Shown piece after piece: positions 60,298 to 64,000 of a stretch of DNA of 64,000 nucleotides. The stretch lies in NCBI GenBank assembly GCA_036172245.1, contig JAYWIR010000054.1, positions 682,001 through 746,000 of the forward strand. The letters run 5' to 3'. The notes under the pieces were generated by a model. That model made no database searches and was not told the origin of the DNA. It saw only the letters and a list, made by a program, of their open reading frames with translations. This DNA is from Raillietiella orientalis. Its lineage: Eukaryota. Numbering within the stretch: the stretch's first letter is position 1; each line of letters starts with the position of its first letter. Position numbers and translations under genes: made by a program.

Positions 60298-61900
60298 GCC
60301 GGAAACCGGATGTCCCTATTGATAGGCTGGGATTCTCCAGGGGGGTTCCAGGGGTTCTTCCAGGAATCAAGGAGTCGATTCACTTCAGGGTTCCCCTCGG
60401 AGAAGAGCGACCCTCCATTGAGTACCATGGAGCCGGTTTTTACCTCTCCGGGGTTTCAGGAAGCGCGCTGCTTCCTTCGAGAAGCGCTCTCCACAAGAAT
60501 TTGGCAGCGTCCCTTCGTGGTCCTCTTTAGAGGAGGAAGAATAAGGAGCTGCTCCCTTGCGGCTTTCCTCCGGAGAAAGAAATCCAGAAAAGGATCCTTT
60601 CCGAGGGTTCCTTCAGAGAGAATAAGGAAGAAGTTCCCTTCGGGGTTCCCTACCAAGCGTGAGAGGATCGACTCCTTCCTCCGTATCCTTCTTGAATTCA
60701 TAGGGCGGTCCCTACGGGGTTACCCCCGTAACTTGACGAGTCACGCACGCCCTCGGGCGGTGCGGACAGCATCCAAGAGCTCCGTGAGCTCCTAGGCGAA
60801 CGTTTCTAAGTACTTAGCGAGCCCATTCCTGAATCCTTGAGGGAAGATGACGTCACAGCTGCTGGCCAGTGAGGTTCGCCTTGGGAGTGTCATTTCCGTG
60901 TCTGTCCACTTCTCAAGAGGGAAAGCAGGTTTCAGAGGTCGTGCGGATCTGGGGTTGTGCAAAGTTGAGCACTCACCAGCAGCAGGTTTGGTTGCAGAAT
61001 TCTGAAATCTGGAGGCGAACCTCGTGCAGAAGAAATGTCGAACCGCTCCAGCACTCTTCTCGCCTTTATCCTCAGTGTTTTCCCGAGATATGCGATCCAG
61101 GACACTGGCTAGTAAGCGGACGGAAGCACTTAAGAGGAGCACGAGCCAGTCTTCACGAGAGGCAACCCACGTCCCAGGAGAATAATGGAAGGCTCAGCAT
61201 TCTTGCCCGACGTCTTCCATAAAATAAAACAAAATGGGGCGGAAGATCCTTGAACAAGATGGTAGAATCCAAATCCCCAGTCCATTTCGGTATTGTGGCT
61301 CTGTACACAAGGGCTGTGCTTATAACCCGGCAACTTTCATAGGGCCTCGTACGTTCCTGGAGTTCCTTTCTCACTTTTCCATTTGTTTTCCTTCGGAAAG
61401 ACAGATTAGCAGAACAGTTATGTGGAGCTGGAGATCAGAGGCTCCAGTTGCGGTACCCAAGGTCGTTAGGGTTCAGAAAGAGAACTGATATCGTTTCGGT
61501 TACAGCAAGCACGCGTGGGTTGCAAGCAGCTGGAAGTACCGCGTGGGCTTGAGAAGATGATTTATCGGATCAGGCCACCTCAAGATGATCCGCTCTGTCC
61601 AATAAGGCTCCTGGCTTTATAAAAATCGGAGACAGCTTCCTTATGAGGTTTCCATGGCTACGTTCAAGAAGCTTCTTTGCGGAACCAAGTGGGCGGGATT
61701 TCACGAAAGCGTTGAATCCATTCACCAATATTAAGCGGAGACTCGCTCCGGCTCTTGGAACCTCAGGACCCCGCGCTTCGGACTTGCTGAGACGTTTCTT
61801 CACCAGAGGCGGGCTGTGATTTCACATCCGGGTGTTCTGGGGCGTTTCTTCCTCTTGCAGGTATCGATGGAGCCAAAAGGCTAACCAATTCCAATTATTA
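60298..61900 (-). mobile_element. Family B LINE-like element, longest copy (decayed ORF2-like region plus ~500-bp 3' block)
   Basis: Minus-strand LCTEPQYRNGLGI (resembles the post-RT GGLG motif) and NGLAKYL..ELLDAVR, followed by the recurrent block containing CCTATGAATTCAAGAAGG…CTCCTTGATTCCTGGAAG…CATCCGGTTTCC. Confidence 0.6.
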
Positions 61901-61959
61901 CATTACGAAAACAAGAGGGAGAGCCGGAGAGATCCATCACCTACACGAAGGGCAAGGGG

Positions 61960-62950
61960 TACGAAACAAAATTCCAACAAGAGGAAAAAAAACCTAGAAA
62001 AAACCGAACCAAGGAAAAAATTTAGTTTGGGGAAGGGAAAGCATCACGTTTCATGAGGGGTGGGGCCTCTGCATCCGTTGAAGGATGCCGGTGAGCCCCT
62101 CCTTCTCCCTTTCCAGGTGGGGGCATCCCAAAGCTACTCGCAGGAAGCAGATGGCGTGCAGGACACCCTCCCCCCGTCGCTTCGGCCTCCCTCGGCGTCG
62201 CACTTTGCCGCGACGACACGGCTCACGCAGCACAGCGCTGCGATTGCGGCTGCAGGTGTCATGGCGTCCCGCACGAATAGGGGTCTCGAAGAGTCTCTGG
62301 GATGGTCCGCGGGGTGAGGAAGGGACGTCAACATTCCCGCAAGACTCGGAGAGCGATGCACTGCCGGCGCGCATTGCACGGAAGACCCAGTGGAGTATCA
62401 TCAGCGCCGATTGGTGCCACTTGAGGGGAGGCAGCTTTTTGTCCATAAACACGGGGGGCACTTCCAACTCTTTGGGCCGAATGGAGAAGAGTTCGCCCCA
62501 ACGTTCCAGTCCTTTGGAGACGGGGGTTCTTGCTGTTGCCGCGTCAGCCAGCTGACGCGGCAACAGCAAGGCCGAGTCCAGCCACCGATAGTCCTTTTGC
62601 GTGCGAAGATCTTGCAGGAAACCTCCCACTTCGCCGGTAGGCAGGCGCCATGTACCCTGATAGAGGAGGACACTGCTGCGGCGAAGGGGATGGCTGGTAA
62701 GTAGGCCAACATGGTCAACTCACTACCCACCGTCCCCAGTGTTCTTCCACTGTTATTCCAAAACTCGCTGCAGCGGGTAACTTCCGGCGGGGCCCGGGTA
62801 AGCTGGGATCACGTCCTTACTTTCTCCTGCCGCCAGGACGGAGTATTTGCAGGGCGTCAGCGAATCCACGTGTTCGCTCTCAGCAGAGCAGCGACACACC
62901 AGAGAGGGAAGCCGCGGGATGGGGGTCGGCGGTGTTGACACGCAAACAGG
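61960..62950 (-). mobile_element. Family A-related LINE 3' fragment
   Basis: LPAKWEVSC and QLADAATAR..GLERWGELFSIRPKELEVPP..LKWHQSALMILHW. Confidence 0.8.
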
Positions 62951-63149
62951 TTGCGAGTCCTTCGCCACTGCCCTCCAGCTGAGAGAGCAAACGTGCAGGG
63001 GCGCACCAATGGGTGGTCCAGTTGTGTGCTACGAAGGCCAGTCTTTAGAAGCTCAGTTAAAATAAATGCGCTCCAAAGTCAGGGCTCCAAGTCCTCCATC
63101 GCGGCGAGGAGATGAATCCTGTGACTGCAGCACTCTGCTGCATCCAGTC

Positions 63150-63525
63150 CGTAGTGACAGCCCGCCGCCTGCTGGAGTCAGGTTCGCGACGAAGAGAGAC
63201 CATCAGTATGACAGCAGCAGTTTTCATGAAGACAGCAGCAAAGTGACCTCATCTGCCAGCAAAATTCGCCGGGAAATCGCAACCGACCAGAGCTGCTTGT
63301 AGAAATGAGGAACGTCTTTAACCAAAGACCTCTGTCCTCACCTTTGCGTCCTTTATTTATTCATTTATCGTCTCTTCCCTCCGTTCCCTACTTTTTGGAA
63401 GGCGGCTTGCATGCCGGTGGTTATCCCAGATGAACTTCCTTTTTTTCGTTTTTTGCTTTCGAGGAGTTCTTTTTCCCATCTTACTTGTAGTTCTTTAAAT
63501 GAACGACCCGGCGTCAACCGGGTGG
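63150..63525 (+). mobile_element. LINE 3' end related to the 5590-6470 copy
   Basis: GGAGTCAGGTTCGCGACGAAGAGA and TCTTTAACCAAA blocks are shared with ~6117-6270. It ends AATGAACGACCCGGCGTCAACCGGGTG. Confidence 0.7.
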
Positions 63526-64000
63526 AAACCAGTATCAAGATAGCAAAAGGGAATAGAAGATGCAGACAAAATGACATTGCAACATCGCGATCAGAGAGAC
63601 GCAGTCCTTCTGTTATTCATTTTCTCTAAATTGGAACCCATGGAAGGATAATCTCTTCTGTAACTGCATTCTCGATGAAAAGCTTGCTCGAGACTTTATT
63701 GAAAATCTTGCATGCGTAGGAGCATGTCATCCGGTCCTTCGAGCCATTCACCACCTTTTAAGGAGTTCTCAAGTGTTGGGAAGCATTCTGATGGGAGGCT
63801 GCCACTTGCAGGCATGTTCAAGAGTTGGCGAAGCGTTCCAGCAATTCGAAAGCAGCATGACACATGGGGATCCTACCTCTCCAAGTTCTTTGCGAGACAG
63901 TGTTTCGATGGGGCGGAACGTTTTTCCTTCGGCTTACAGTCCGCAACCCGTTTTCCTTTTACAGATTTTCAAATCAAAGATGCTGCGTTCCGACAGCTTG

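Overview
Eukaryotic, repeat-dense genomic DNA. It is probably from an invertebrate, possibly an arthropod, inferred only from degenerate TTAGG tracts and very short GT-AG introns. I found no prokaryotic operons, CRISPR arrays or rRNA. One intact host gene can be reconstructed: a 10-coding-exon polypeptide N-acetylgalactosaminyltransferase (GALNT/pgant family, + strand, about 43071-51149) with 42-58 nt micro-introns. Most of the rest is non-LTR retrotransposon debris. Family A (L1/Tx1-like) has one long frameshifted RT plus zinc-knuckle copy at about 8.0-11.0 kb and more than 12 3'-end fragments. Family B is a second LINE-like family. There is also a ~170-bp tRNA-derived SINE-like unit, plus scattered ORF1, endonuclease and RT relics. 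The main finding is that 3' ends of both families repeatedly abut the same short site (…CAACCAGTGTCGC…) at the distal end of the tRNA-like unit, always tail-to-tail. These junctions show stacked insertions, diverged target-site duplications and different 5' truncations, which suggests a sequence-specific, SINE-targeting retrotransposon system. Family A also has a covarying structured 3' UTR. A near-identical, inverted, internally deleted copy of the GALNT 3' region lies about 22 kb upstream, next to exon-like pieces of another gene. Repeat boundaries were aligned by eye and are approximate.
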